A stretch of DNA of 64,000 bases, from positions 151,528 through 215,527 of the forward strand of contig VGYB01000001.1 in the NCBI GenBank assembly GCA_016873115.1, written 5' to 3'. Shown piece by piece: positions 1 through 8,746 of this stretch (the stretch's first letter is position 1; the number at the start of each line of letters is the position of its first letter). Position numbers and translations under genes: made by a program. Below the pieces are notes generated by a model. It had not been told where the DNA came from, ran no database searches, and saw nothing but the letters and a program-made list of their open reading frames with translations. The DNA is from Planctomycetota bacterium. Its GTDB lineage: Bacteria > Planctomycetota > Phycisphaerae > Phycisphaerales > SM1A02.

Positions 1-1852
1 TGCGCGCGAGCCCGTCGTCACGCAAGGATTCGAGACGCTTGAGCGCGCCCCCCATGGCGATGCGCGCATCGTCGTAGACGGCCTTGATGCTCGAACCCGG
101 CAGGATGTCATGGAACTGGTGCAGCAGCACGGTCTTCCAGAGTTCATCGAGCTCGGCAAGCAGTGCGCGCTCCCCTGCCCGGGGCATCGGCGCGATCACC
201 GCGAGCATCTCGACCTGACGGAGCAGACGCTCGCCGCGGCGATTGGCCTGCTTGATCCAGCGCTGGCTGGTGTAGGTGCCTCGGTGGGCCTCGAGATAGA
301 GCTCGCCGTCCCACACCGGGATCGGCTCACCGCGGCGCTCGCTGGCGCGCGCCTGCCGATGCAGCTCACCGCAGAGATCTCCTGCCTTCATCGGGTCGCA
401 GGCGGGAAGCCCCTGCGATCGCTGCGCATTCGCTGCACGCTCGATCTGCGACGGATCGGGCCCGCCGCCGCCATCGCCCCAGCCGTACGGCTGCAGGTAG
501 GCGCGCACGCGCCCACGATCCTGGCGCTCGATGTGGCGCGCGCCCGCCACGAGATCGTTCGGGAGGAACTCGCTGTTGTAGTTGTGGCCCGGCGTGAAGT
601 GACTGAGCACATCGGTGCCATCGAGCCCACGCCAGCGGAAGGTCACATGCGGGAAGCGATTGGTGCCGCTCCAGATCATCTTGTTGGTGATGAAGGTGTC
701 GAGGCCTGCCAACGCGATGATCTGCGGCAGGCATGCGGGGAAGCCGAAGGTGTCGGGCAGGTAGAGGAACCGCTGCGGTGCAGCGGCCCCGAACTGCTCG
801 CGCCACCAGCCGGTGCCATGGACGATCTGACGGATGAAGCTCTCGCCGCTCGGGCAGGTCCCGTCGGGCTCGATCCACATGGCGCCATTGGGCTCCCATC
901 GGCCGGACTTCACGGCCTTGCGGACCTTCTCGAACAGTGCGGGGCTCTCCTCCTGCACCATGCGGTACTGCGCCGCCTGGCTGCACAGGAAGGTGAAGCC
1001 CGGGAAGCGCTCGATCGAACGCAACGCCGTGGCGAAGGTCCGCACGCACTTGCGACGGGTCTCGTCGATCCGCCAAAGCCACGCCGTGTCGATGTGCGCG
1101 TGTCCGATCGGGACGCAGGTGGTGGCATGCAGCGGATCGGCGGCACCCTTCAGCAGTGCATCGAGCGCATCGACCTGGGCGAGCACGACCGAGCGCGAGA
1201 TGCTCCCGGCCGGGATCGCACGCACGATGGATGCCAGCCCCCGACGCAGGTCATTCGTCCGCGGATCCTCGGCGTTCCCGTGCCACAGGCAGCGGCGCAG
1301 GAGATCGAAGCGCTCGGCGAACTGCCAGACCGCTTCATCGAGCACGACCAGTTCGGCGCACTCGAGCCGCCCAGGCTTGCGTTCCTTCCAGCGTGCGCGG
1401 ACCTCGGGCTGGTCCCACCAGAAGGTCGTGGCGCCCAGCGGGAGGTTGCACGCAGCCTCGATCCAAAGATCGACCCGCTGGCCCGTGCGGCCGCGCGAGC
1501 GGTCGTTCCACACGAGCGGCGCGATCGGTGCCGTGTCGTGATAGGGATCGAGGCCCGCATGCGGCACTCCATCGATCCAGACACAGGCCTCGGTACCGCT
1601 GGAGAAGCGCAGGAGCACGCGCTCACCGGCGAACTCTCGCGGCATCGTGCCTTGGACGCGGAACCACGCAGTCGACCAGATCGGCCCCCACCGGTAGCCC
1701 GGAGCGACCTTGGTCCGCTTCGCGCGCTGCGCAACCGTGGGCGCCACGCGCTCGGCACAGTGTGCGACCTCCACGCCAAGCTGCACGCGTCTGGGCATGG
1801 CGAGCGGGCGGAGGAGATCGTTGCAGAACTCCTCGAAGCGGATGGCATCCAT
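1..1852 (-). CDS. GH38 alpha-mannosidase, N-terminal ~615 codons; the 3' end runs off the left edge of the window
   Basis: This gene is absent from the ORF track because it has no stop inside the window. My own minus-strand translation (codon first bases at 328, 325, ...) reads EPIPVWDGELYLEAHRGTYTSQRWIKQANRRGERLL...LHQFHDILPGSSIKAVYDD, which is the GH38 central-domain signature. The N-terminal part reads MDAIRFEEFCNDLL...WFRVQGTMPREFAGERVLLRFSSGTEACVWIDGVPHAGLDPYHD. There is an in-frame stop upstream at 1939-1941. Candidate starts are ATG 1852 and GTG 1870 or 1903. Confidence 0.8.
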   Translation of the reverse strand, partial: MDAIRFEEFCNDLLRPLAMPRRVQLGVEVAHCAERVAPTVAQRAKRTKVAPGYRWGPIWSTAWFRVQGTMPREFAGERVLLRFSSGTEACVWIDGVPHAGLDPYHDTAPIAPLVWNDRSRGRTGQRVDLWIEAACNLPLGATTFWWDQPEVRARWKERKPGRLECAELVVLDEAVWQFAERFDLLRRCLWHGNAEDPRTNDLRRGLASIVRAIPAGSISRSVVLAQVDALDALLKGAADPLHATTCVPIGHAHIDTAWLWRIDETRRKCVRTFATALRSIERFPGFTFLCSQAAQYRMVQEESPALFEKVRKAVKSGRWEPNGAMWIEPDGTCPSGESFIRQIVHGTGWWREQFGAAAPQRFLYLPDTFGFPACLPQIIALAGLDTFITNKMIWSGTNRFPHVTFRWRGLDGTDVLSHFTPGHNYNSEFLPNDLVAGARHIERQDRGRVRAYLQPYGWGDGGGGPDPSQIERAANAQRSQGLPACDPMKAGDLCGELHRQARASERRGEPIPVWDGELYLEAHRGTYTSQRWIKQANRRGERLLRQVEMLAVIAPMPRAGERALLAELDELWKTVLLHQFHDILPGSSIKAVYDDARIAMGGALKRLESLRDDGLAR

Positions 1853-2052
1853 CTGGTGGTCGGGCAGCACGGAGGCAGCGTACGGCCCAAGCGAGGACGA
1901 CACAGGGCAGCACCCTGCCGAACGAGCCGGTGCATCTCAAACACAGGTGACGCCCCATGCATCGCAGCACAGCGCGCCGGACATGGGTTCATGTCGGTTC
2001 AGCGTGATTATTCGTCGGCCGAGCATGGCCGAAGTCCCACAGCACTCCTTGC

Positions 2053-2487
2053 ATGTGGTCCATGGAGACCTACACTACTGCCGTGCGCTTCCTGACCGTC
2101 CATCTGCTCGCGATGTGGATCGCGATGTGCTGCTGCCAGTGGCGTGCCGTGGCGTCGAGCCTTGGCATGAAGGCCATGCCGTCGTGCTGCGAGACTGCCG
2201 AACCCGCGAGCGACTGCTGCAGCGATCGCACCGGCAGCGAGGACTCCACGCCCGAGGACCCCACCGAGGGCGGCTCCTGCGCAGGCTGCTGCAACAAGGG
2301 GCCGGCCCCATCGGCCCAGGACCTTCCGGATTCGCTCTTTGAGTTCCACCTCGATCACCTCGGCACCATGCTCCTGCACATGCCGAGCATCGCCTTGCCA
2401 TCGGTCGATCCCTCGATCGAACTTGGCACCGTGTGGCACCCGCCACCGGGGCGATTCCGACCCATCATCTGCATCCTGACCGTGTGA
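2053..2487 (+). CDS. Small hypothetical membrane protein with four vicinal-cysteine clusters
   Basis: The ORF has one N-terminal hydrophobic segment (FLTVHLLAMWIAMCCCQW). This is followed by an acidic S/T/P-rich stretch carrying PSCCE, SDCCSD and SCAGCCNKG, then a non-repetitive C-terminal part. It lies 72 nt upstream of the efflux operon on the same strand. I recognise no family. The start is uncertain (alternative ATGs at 2062, 2113, 2125 and 2167). Confidence 0.5.
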   Translation: MWSMETYTTAVRFLTVHLLAMWIAMCCCQWRAVASSLGMKAMPSCCETAEPASDCCSDRTGSEDSTPEDPTEGGSCAGCCNKGPAPSAQDLPDSLFEFHLDHLGTMLLHMPSIALPSVDPSIELGTVWHPPPGRFRPIICILTV

Positions 2488-2558
2488 TGGTGCGCTGATC
2501 GTTGCCGCCCCCTGATGGGACCGCGGCGCTGTCTCGCACCTCCATACGAAGGATCACC

Positions 2559-3932
2559 ATGCCAAAGCCCCTGCTTCGGGCTGTCCAAGCACCCGCCGTC
2601 CTGCTCGTGACTGCGCTCTTGGCCACAGCCTGCACCGCGACCGACCATCACGACGCCTCGCGCGCTTCGCTCGAGCGCGACCTTGCGCGCGCTGCGCTCG
2701 ATGGCGGCGCGAAGAGACTCCCCACAGACACCGGCGCACCACCGGTCGATCGCCCTCTGACGGCCGACGCGGCCGTGATGACCGCTCTCGCGCGCAACCC
2801 GTCGTTCCGCGCCGACATGCTGGCGGCACACGAAGCTGCGCTCGCGGTCGATGCCGTGGCACTCGGCCCGACACCGATGGTGATGCTCGAGATAGGAGCC
2901 CCGATCACGGACACGGCCACCGTGCCGGTCCTCGCGCTGCTGACCACATCGCTCACCGATCTCATCACGCGCGACGACCGCATGGAGGCCGCAAGCCTTC
3001 GTGCCCAGGCCGCACACCTTGCAGCGATCGATGCAGCCTCCACGCTCGCCGCAACCGTGCGCGAACGTCACGCCATGGCATGGCAAGCGCAGGAGTCACT
3101 GCGCCTGGCCCACCTCCGAATGTCCCTTGCACAGACGGAGGCCGACCGTGAATCGACGCTGGCGGCGAAGGGCCTTGCCTCCGCTCGCCGCGATCAGGCT
3201 GGTTCGGCGATGCTCGCCACGACGCAGGCTCAGCTCGAACAGGCCCGCGCCGCTCACATCACCAGCCTTCGAGCGCTCGCCATGGCGATGGGCTGCGCGC
3301 TGGACCGGACCGACTGGACGCTTGAGCGGCCGGCCTTGCCCGCGCTGCCTGAGCGCGAACTGCTGTCGAGCAGCCTCGAGACACCCGCTGCACGCATGGC
3401 CATCGCCCTTGCGGCGGCCACTCGCATCGAGGCCGGTCTGATCCGGTCCGGCCTCGCGCAGAACGCGAACATCGGCACCGGCTACATGCAGGATGAAGAA
3501 GACATGCGGGCGATCCCCATCGTGCTGCAGTTCGCCCTGCCCATCGGTGGCGAGGGTGCCACGCGCGACGAACGCGCCACGCTGCTCGAGGAGGCGGCCG
3601 GGCTTCGCGCCCAAGCTGCGCTGCAGGAAGCGCACGTGCGGCTCGCCGACGCGATCGATCGCGAGGCATCGATGCGTGCTGCCGCCGACGCACTCGAGCG
3701 CACCACGCTCGCCGCAGCGCGCGCCCAGCAGGAACGCATACGAGCCTTGGCCCAGCGCGGTGCAGCCACCGTAAAGGAGCGCGACCAACTGCATCTGGCC
3801 CGCATCGGGGCCGAGACCGAGGCACTGATGGCCCATGCCTCGGCCTGCATCGCCGCCGCGCAGCGCGTGGCCGCGAGTGCCGGCATCGATCTGGCTCACC
3901 AAGACGACCAACCACGGAGTGCATCACGATGA
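2559..3932 (+). CDS. Outer-membrane efflux protein (TolC/OprM family) lipoprotein
   Basis: The lipoprotein signal is MPKPLLRAVQAPAVLLVTALLATAC, preceded by AAGGA 6 nt upstream. The ~457-aa Ala/Leu/Arg/Glu-rich coiled-coil composition is typical of OMF proteins. The stop overlaps the next start (ATGA at 3929-3932). The track ORF begins earlier, at TTG 2502. Confidence 0.75.
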   Translation: MPKPLLRAVQAPAVLLVTALLATACTATDHHDASRASLERDLARAALDGGAKRLPTDTGAPPVDRPLTADAAVMTALARNPSFRADMLAAHEAALAVDAVALGPTPMVMLEIGAPITDTATVPVLALLTTSLTDLITRDDRMEAASLRAQAAHLAAIDAASTLAATVRERHAMAWQAQESLRLAHLRMSLAQTEADRESTLAAKGLASARRDQAGSAMLATTQAQLEQARAAHITSLRALAMAMGCALDRTDWTLERPALPALPERELLSSSLETPAARMAIALAAATRIEAGLIRSGLAQNANIGTGYMQDEEDMRAIPIVLQFALPIGGEGATRDERATLLEEAAGLRAQAALQEAHVRLADAIDREASMRAAADALERTTLAAARAQQERIRALAQRGAATVKERDQLHLARIGAETEALMAHASACIAAAQRVAASAGIDLAHQDDQPRSASR

Positions 3933-5095
3933 GCCAGTTCCCATCACCGGCCGCCATGATCCCGCCACCAAACCGCCGCGCGACGCGGCTCTTCGCCGTC
4001 GGGGTCTGGACCTGCGCGATCAGCGGCGCCATCGCGCTCATCGTGTTCTGGCTTGGCCGACCGCAGCCCGTTTCCGTCACGCGTGCCGTCGCGCGCGAAC
4101 TCGGCTCGTCCTTCGCCGGCAGCATCGTGCAGGCACCGGGCTGGATCGAGGCACGCCCCTACGCCACGCTCGTCCCCGGGCTCGTCGATGGCACGATCAC
4201 CTCGGTCCGCGCGATCGAGGGCGATGCCGTGAAGGCCGGCCAGGTGCTCGCCACCATCGATGCGCGCCCCTTCGAGGAGGCCGAGCAGCAAGCCGCAGGT
4301 GCCTATGCCATGGCTCGCGCCGAATCGTCGCAAGCGCGGCTCCAGCACACGCTCGCCGAGGCTCGGCTCAGCGTCGGCGAGGCCGCGCAGGTCGATGTCG
4401 ATCTCGCTGCGGCACAGCTCGCGCGCGCCGAGGGCTCGGAAGTCATGGCGCGTGGCGCCTGGGAGCGTGCCGTCCTCGATGTCGAGCGCTGCAGCGTGGT
4501 CTCGCCGGTCGATGGCGTGATCTTCGAACGGCGCGTGGAACCGGGTGAGCGCATCGGAGGCGACATGGAGAACGAAGGCGCCATGTTCGCGATCTTCGAT
4601 CCCGCCATGGTGCAGGTGCGCTGCGATGTGCCACTCGCCGATGCCGGCAGCGTGCTGCCGGGCCAGCTGGCCGAGGTCACGGTCGATGCCTTCAAGGGTC
4701 GGACCTTCCACGGCACGGTGCTCGTGGGCGGCTTCAGGGCCGACATCGCGAAGAACACGCTCCAAGTCAAGATCGGCCTTGATGATGCGGATGGCCTGCT
4801 GCGCCCCGACACGCTCACCCGCGTGCGCATCATGGTGCCTGGTTCGAACGCCGCTTCCGTGCGCACGCAGGTGGTGGTGCCCGCCGACTGGGTCGTACGC
4901 GATGGCACGCGCGCGACCGTCCTCGTGATGGATGCCGGCGTCCTGCGCCGCATCGATCTTGGCGAAGCGATCGACACGGGCGATGGCTGGCTGGTCGGCG
5001 GCGATGGCATCCGGCCCGGGGAGGTGCTCGTGCACCCATCGCATGCATCGCTTCCCGATGGCACGCGCATCGCTCCCAGGGAGGAGACCCCATGA
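3929..5095 (+). CDS. Periplasmic adaptor (HlyD/MacA-type membrane fusion protein)
   Basis: It has an N-terminal TM segment (LFAVGVWTCAISGAIALIVFWL). A lipoyl-like hairpin reads LVDGTITSVRAIEGDAVKAGQVLATID, followed by a coiled coil and a second half-hairpin VVSPVDGVIFERRVEPGERI. It is 4-nt coupled to both neighbours. Confidence 0.85.
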   Translation: MSQFPSPAAMIPPPNRRATRLFAVGVWTCAISGAIALIVFWLGRPQPVSVTRAVARELGSSFAGSIVQAPGWIEARPYATLVPGLVDGTITSVRAIEGDAVKAGQVLATIDARPFEEAEQQAAGAYAMARAESSQARLQHTLAEARLSVGEAAQVDVDLAAAQLARAEGSEVMARGAWERAVLDVERCSVVSPVDGVIFERRVEPGERIGGDMENEGAMFAIFDPAMVQVRCDVPLADAGSVLPGQLAEVTVDAFKGRTFHGTVLVGGFRADIAKNTLQVKIGLDDADGLLRPDTLTRVRIMVPGSNAASVRTQVVVPADWVVRDGTRATVLVMDAGVLRRIDLGEAIDTGDGWLVGGDGIRPGEVLVHPSHASLPDGTRIAPREETP

Positions 5096-5778
5096 GCCTC
5101 ATCGAATGCCGTTCGCTCTGCAAGGACTACCAGCGCGGTGGCGAGGTCGTGCATGTGCTCGATCACCTCGACCTCTCGATCGAGCGCGGGTCCTACACCG
5201 CGCTCATGGGCCCCAGCGGCAGCGGCAAGACCACGCTGCTCAACCTGCTTGCCGGCATCGACCGCGCCAGTTCCGGCGAGCTCCTCGTGGATGGGACCGA
5301 CCTTGCGCAGCTCGATCGCAACCAATTGGCAGGCTGGCGGTCGCGTCATGTCGGCTATGTGTTCCAGCTCTACAACCTCGTGCCTGTCCTGTCGGCGTAC
5401 GAGAATGTGGAGCTGCCACTCCTGCTGCATGACCTCACGGCCGCCGAGCGGCACCGACGCGTCGTCGAGGCGCTCGAATCGGTGGATCTCGCGGAACGCC
5501 ATGCCCACCTGCCGCGCCAGCTCTCCGGTGGGCAGGAACAGCGCGTGGCGGTCGCACGCGCACTCGTCACGCAGCCTGCGCTGCTCCTGGCCGATGAACC
5601 CACCGGCGACCTTGACCGCGCCAACGCCGGTGCCGTCATGGACCTCTTCGGACGGCTCCACGCCGAACGAAGCCAGACCATCGTGCTGGTCACGCATGAT
5701 GACTCGATCGCCCGCCGGGCCGAGCGGACCGTGCGACTCGAGAAGGGCCGACTCGCCACCGTGGAGGCTGCACGATGA
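5092..5778 (+). CDS. ABC transporter ATP-binding protein (MacB/LolD family)
   Basis: Walker A is GPSGSGKTTLLN, the signature is LSGGQEQRVAVARAL, and Walker B is LLLADEPTGDLD. The H-loop reads VLVTHD. Confidence 0.95.
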   Translation: MSLIECRSLCKDYQRGGEVVHVLDHLDLSIERGSYTALMGPSGSGKTTLLNLLAGIDRASSGELLVDGTDLAQLDRNQLAGWRSRHVGYVFQLYNLVPVLSAYENVELPLLLHDLTAAERHRRVVEALESVDLAERHAHLPRQLSGGQEQRVAVARALVTQPALLLADEPTGDLDRANAGAVMDLFGRLHAERSQTIVLVTHDDSIARRAERTVRLEKGRLATVEAAR

Positions 5779-6929
5779 GCGCGCTCCTGAGCAGGATCCG
5801 CTACGCGCTCCGCAGTGCACGCCGCCAGAGGCTGCGCACCGTCGCGCTGGTCGCCGGCGTCGCCCTGACGACAGCCCTCGCTGCAGTGATCGCATGCATC
5901 GATCTCGGCGTGCGCGACGCCACCACCACGCGCACCGGCGAGACTCGGCTGATCGTCTACCGCGAGAACCGCTTCTGCCCCTTCGCCAGCTCACTGCCCC
6001 AGCGCTACGACCGGCAGATCGCCGAGCTGCCCGGCGTGGCTGCCGTCGTGCCGGTGAAGATCATCGTCTCGAATTGCCGCGCCTCGCTCGATGTGGTGAC
6101 CTTCCGCGGCGTGCCGATCGATGACCTGCGTGTGATGGCACCGAGCCTGGTCGCTGGCTCGCTCGACGCCTGGGCCAGCCACGGCAATGGTGCACTGGTC
6201 GGGCGGGAGCTCGCGGCTCGCCGGGGGCTGAAGGTGGGCTCCTCCCTGACGGCGGCCGGCATCGATGTCGTGATCGACGGGATCCTCGAGAGCGATGACC
6301 CGCAGTGGCGCAACAGCGCGCTCACGCACCTGGCCTACCTGCAGGAACGGGCCGCGCGCGGCGGCACCGGCGGCATCGTGACGCAGTTCGACGTGACCGT
6401 CAGCGATCCGGCACGGCTCGAGGAGGTCGCTCGGGCCATCGACGAGCGCTTCAAGGCCGACGAATCCCCCACGGCCACGCGTCCGCAGACTGCGTTCGTC
6501 GCACGCGCGGCACGCGATGTGGTGGCGCTTGCCGGCTTCAGTTCGCTCATCGGGATCGGTGCGGTGCTCGCAGCCTTCGGCCTGCTCGCCACGACGATGG
6601 TCAATGTCACGCGGCATCGATCGCGCGAGTTCTCGGTGCTGCGCACGCTCGGCTTCACCGATGGCGGCATCAGCGCCATCGTGCTCGCCGAGGGGGCCTT
6701 GGTCGGCGGACTGGGTGGTCTGCTCGGTGCAGGCGTTGCATGGTTCGGCCTGGCGCGCGCGGGTCTGGCCTTCACCATGGAAGGCATCTCGATCACGCCG
6801 CGGCTGGATCCCACCATCTTCATCATCGCTTCAGTCGCGGCACTCCTGGCAGGGCTGCTGGCCACGGCAGTCCCGGCATGGACCGCCTCGCGCGCTCGCT
6901 TGGTCGACCTCCTGCGAGGCGCATCATGA
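5775..6929 (+). CDS. ABC transporter permease, FtsX/MacB-type (permease 1)
   Basis: It has an N-terminal TM segment, a large periplasmic domain, and a C-terminal FtsX-like module (REFSVLRTLGFTDGGISAIVLAEGALVGGLGGLLG). It is 4-nt coupled on both sides. Confidence 0.85.
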   Translation: MSALLSRIRYALRSARRQRLRTVALVAGVALTTALAAVIACIDLGVRDATTTRTGETRLIVYRENRFCPFASSLPQRYDRQIAELPGVAAVVPVKIIVSNCRASLDVVTFRGVPIDDLRVMAPSLVAGSLDAWASHGNGALVGRELAARRGLKVGSSLTAAGIDVVIDGILESDDPQWRNSALTHLAYLQERAARGGTGGIVTQFDVTVSDPARLEEVARAIDERFKADESPTATRPQTAFVARAARDVVALAGFSSLIGIGAVLAAFGLLATTMVNVTRHRSREFSVLRTLGFTDGGISAIVLAEGALVGGLGGLLGAGVAWFGLARAGLAFTMEGISITPRLDPTIFIIASVAALLAGLLATAVPAWTASRARLVDLLRGAS

Positions 6930-8089
6930 CGACGCTCCCGCTGGAATACTCCCTTCGCGGGCTCGCCCGTGGTCGCAGCCGTACGCTGCTGGCGCTGGCC
7001 GGATCGCTCGTTGCGGGGGCGCTCATCGCCACGGCGTCGGCCTTCCTCGGCGGCATGGAAGCGGCTCTTGGATCGACGGCGTCACCTTCGCGCGTGATCG
7101 TCATGGGTGCAGGCAGCGAGGAGTCGCTCGAGCGCAGCGAGATCGGCGCACGCGCGCCGGGCATCCTGTCGGCGAGCGTGCAGGGCATCCGGCGGACGGC
7201 CGGCATGGAGCATGTGAGTGCCGAGACCCATGTGGCCCTGCCCATCGCGGTGGACGGCGCCGAGGCCACGAGCGACAACGGACTCGTGCGCGGCATCGGT
7301 CCGGCCGCCCTGCTGGTCCACCCCATCGTGCGGATCACCGGCGGACGCTGGCCCGAGCGCGGGGCAAGCGAGGTCCTCGCGGGAGCGAGCGCCCTGCGCC
7401 GGCTCGGCATTGATCCATCCACCGCACTCGGCAGTCGCATCGTGCTCGCCGGCACGCCACTCACGATCGTGGGCACCATGCAGGCGCCGGGATCGACGAT
7501 CGACGGCGAGTGGTGGATGCCGCTCGAGGACATCACCACCCTCATGCGGCGCGAGACGATCTCGTGCGTGATCCTCGATCTCGACCGAGCCACGATCGGC
7601 GATGTGCAGGCCTTCACGGTCTCGCGGCTGGATCTTGAGCTTGCCGTGCTTGCCGAGCTGGACTATTACGCCTCGCTGCTGGCCTTCTTCAAGCCCGTGC
7701 GCCTGCTCGTCGCTGTGGTCGCGGGGCTCATGGCCCTCGCTGCGGCGCTCGGAGGTGCGAGTGCGCTTGCCGCGGCCTTCAGTGAGCGCGTGCGCGAGAA
7801 TGCCGTGCTCGAGACCCTCGGGTATCCACGCCATGCAGTCATCCTCGATGTCCTGCTGCAGTGCACGATCATCGCCGCCGCTGGTGCCACCGCGGGCGGG
7901 CTCCTCGCGCAGTGGCTGCTGAGCGGCCTCTTGGTCGAGTTCAGCATGGGCACCTTTGCGCTGCAGTTCGATGCGCGGTCCACGCTCCTGGCCGTGGCGA
8001 CCGGCTTCGTCGTGGCGATCGTCGCCGCCTTCCTCAGCACCTGGCGCTGGATCGGGCTGCCGACGCCCGAGGCGCTCCGGACCACATGA
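6926..8089 (+). CDS. ABC transporter permease, FtsX/MacB-type (permease 2)
   Basis: The real start is MTTLPLEYSLRGLARGRSRTLLALAGSLVAG at ATG 6926, which overlaps the previous stop. The track ORF (6305..) is extended upstream only because no stop intervenes. The C-terminal FtsX module reads ENAVLETLGYPRHAVILDVLLQCTIIAAAG. Confidence 0.85.
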   Translation: MTTLPLEYSLRGLARGRSRTLLALAGSLVAGALIATASAFLGGMEAALGSTASPSRVIVMGAGSEESLERSEIGARAPGILSASVQGIRRTAGMEHVSAETHVALPIAVDGAEATSDNGLVRGIGPAALLVHPIVRITGGRWPERGASEVLAGASALRRLGIDPSTALGSRIVLAGTPLTIVGTMQAPGSTIDGEWWMPLEDITTLMRRETISCVILDLDRATIGDVQAFTVSRLDLELAVLAELDYYASLLAFFKPVRLLVAVVAGLMALAAALGGASALAAAFSERVRENAVLETLGYPRHAVILDVLLQCTIIAAAGATAGGLLAQWLLSGLLVEFSMGTFALQFDARSTLLAVATGFVVAIVAAFLSTWRWIGLPTPEALRTT

Positions 8090-8159
8090 CTCGACGCCAA
8101 TCCACATGGCGCACCGCCGACACGCTCATCACCCCAACCAACTCCCAAGGATCCACGCC

Positions 8160-8726
8160 ATGCATCATGCCAACTCGCTCATCCTGGCTTCGTTCGTCCT
8201 CTTCGCCTCATGCGGCGGACAGGGTGATGGACACGATTACACCCACACGCAGCACGACCACGGTGCGTCCACGGCACCCGCAGCCCCCGAGGGCACCTTC
8301 CCCGCAACGCTCTTCGCCGGCATGCCGACTGGCGAGCCGATCGGTGTAGGCACCATGAAGCCGACCGCCAAGGAGGGCGACCGTGTGATCGTGGTGGGCA
8401 GGATCGGCGGAAGCAAGGATCCCTTCCTCACGGACCGGGCCATGGTCACGATCGTCGATCCGAGCGTGAAGCTGTGCGGCGAGGATGCACCCGGCGACGA
8501 CCACTGCACGACGCCGTGGGACTTCTGCTGCGAGCCGCGCGAGAACCTCCGGAAGATGTCCATCACGGTGGTCGCGCATGCTGCCGACGGCGGACCGATT
8601 CCATACACGCTGCTCGGCCAAGGTGGGCTCAAGCCTGGCGCGCGCGTGGTGGTGGAGGGCACCGTGACGACCGTCGGCCCGGACGGCGCCGCCATGATCG
8701 CGGCCGAGCGCATCCTCGCCCGGTGA
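8160..8726 (+). CDS. Hypothetical lipoprotein with a His-rich mature N-terminus and a C-X8-C-X7-CC cysteine cluster
   Basis: The lipobox is MHHANSLILASFVLFASC. The mature N-terminus is GGQGDGHDYTHTQHDHG. The middle part looks beta-rich (KEGDRVIVVGRIGG...VTIVDPS), followed by KLCGEDAPGDDHCTTPWDFCCEP. It lies 70 nt downstream of permease 2 on the same strand. Confidence 0.6.
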   Translation: MHHANSLILASFVLFASCGGQGDGHDYTHTQHDHGASTAPAAPEGTFPATLFAGMPTGEPIGVGTMKPTAKEGDRVIVVGRIGGSKDPFLTDRAMVTIVDPSVKLCGEDAPGDDHCTTPWDFCCEPRENLRKMSITVVAHAADGGPIPYTLLGQGGLKPGARVVVEGTVTTVGPDGAAMIAAERILAR

Positions 8727-8746
8727 GCGCCGCTAGAGTGCGACGG

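Noticed and set aside
110-2095. A 661-aa plus-strand ORF at the left edge
   Set aside because: It is antisense to the GH38 alpha-mannosidase, whose signature (GELYLEAHRGTYTSQ, QFHDILPGSS) I can read on the minus strand. Its own translation is low-complexity R/A/G/L/P-rich with no motif.
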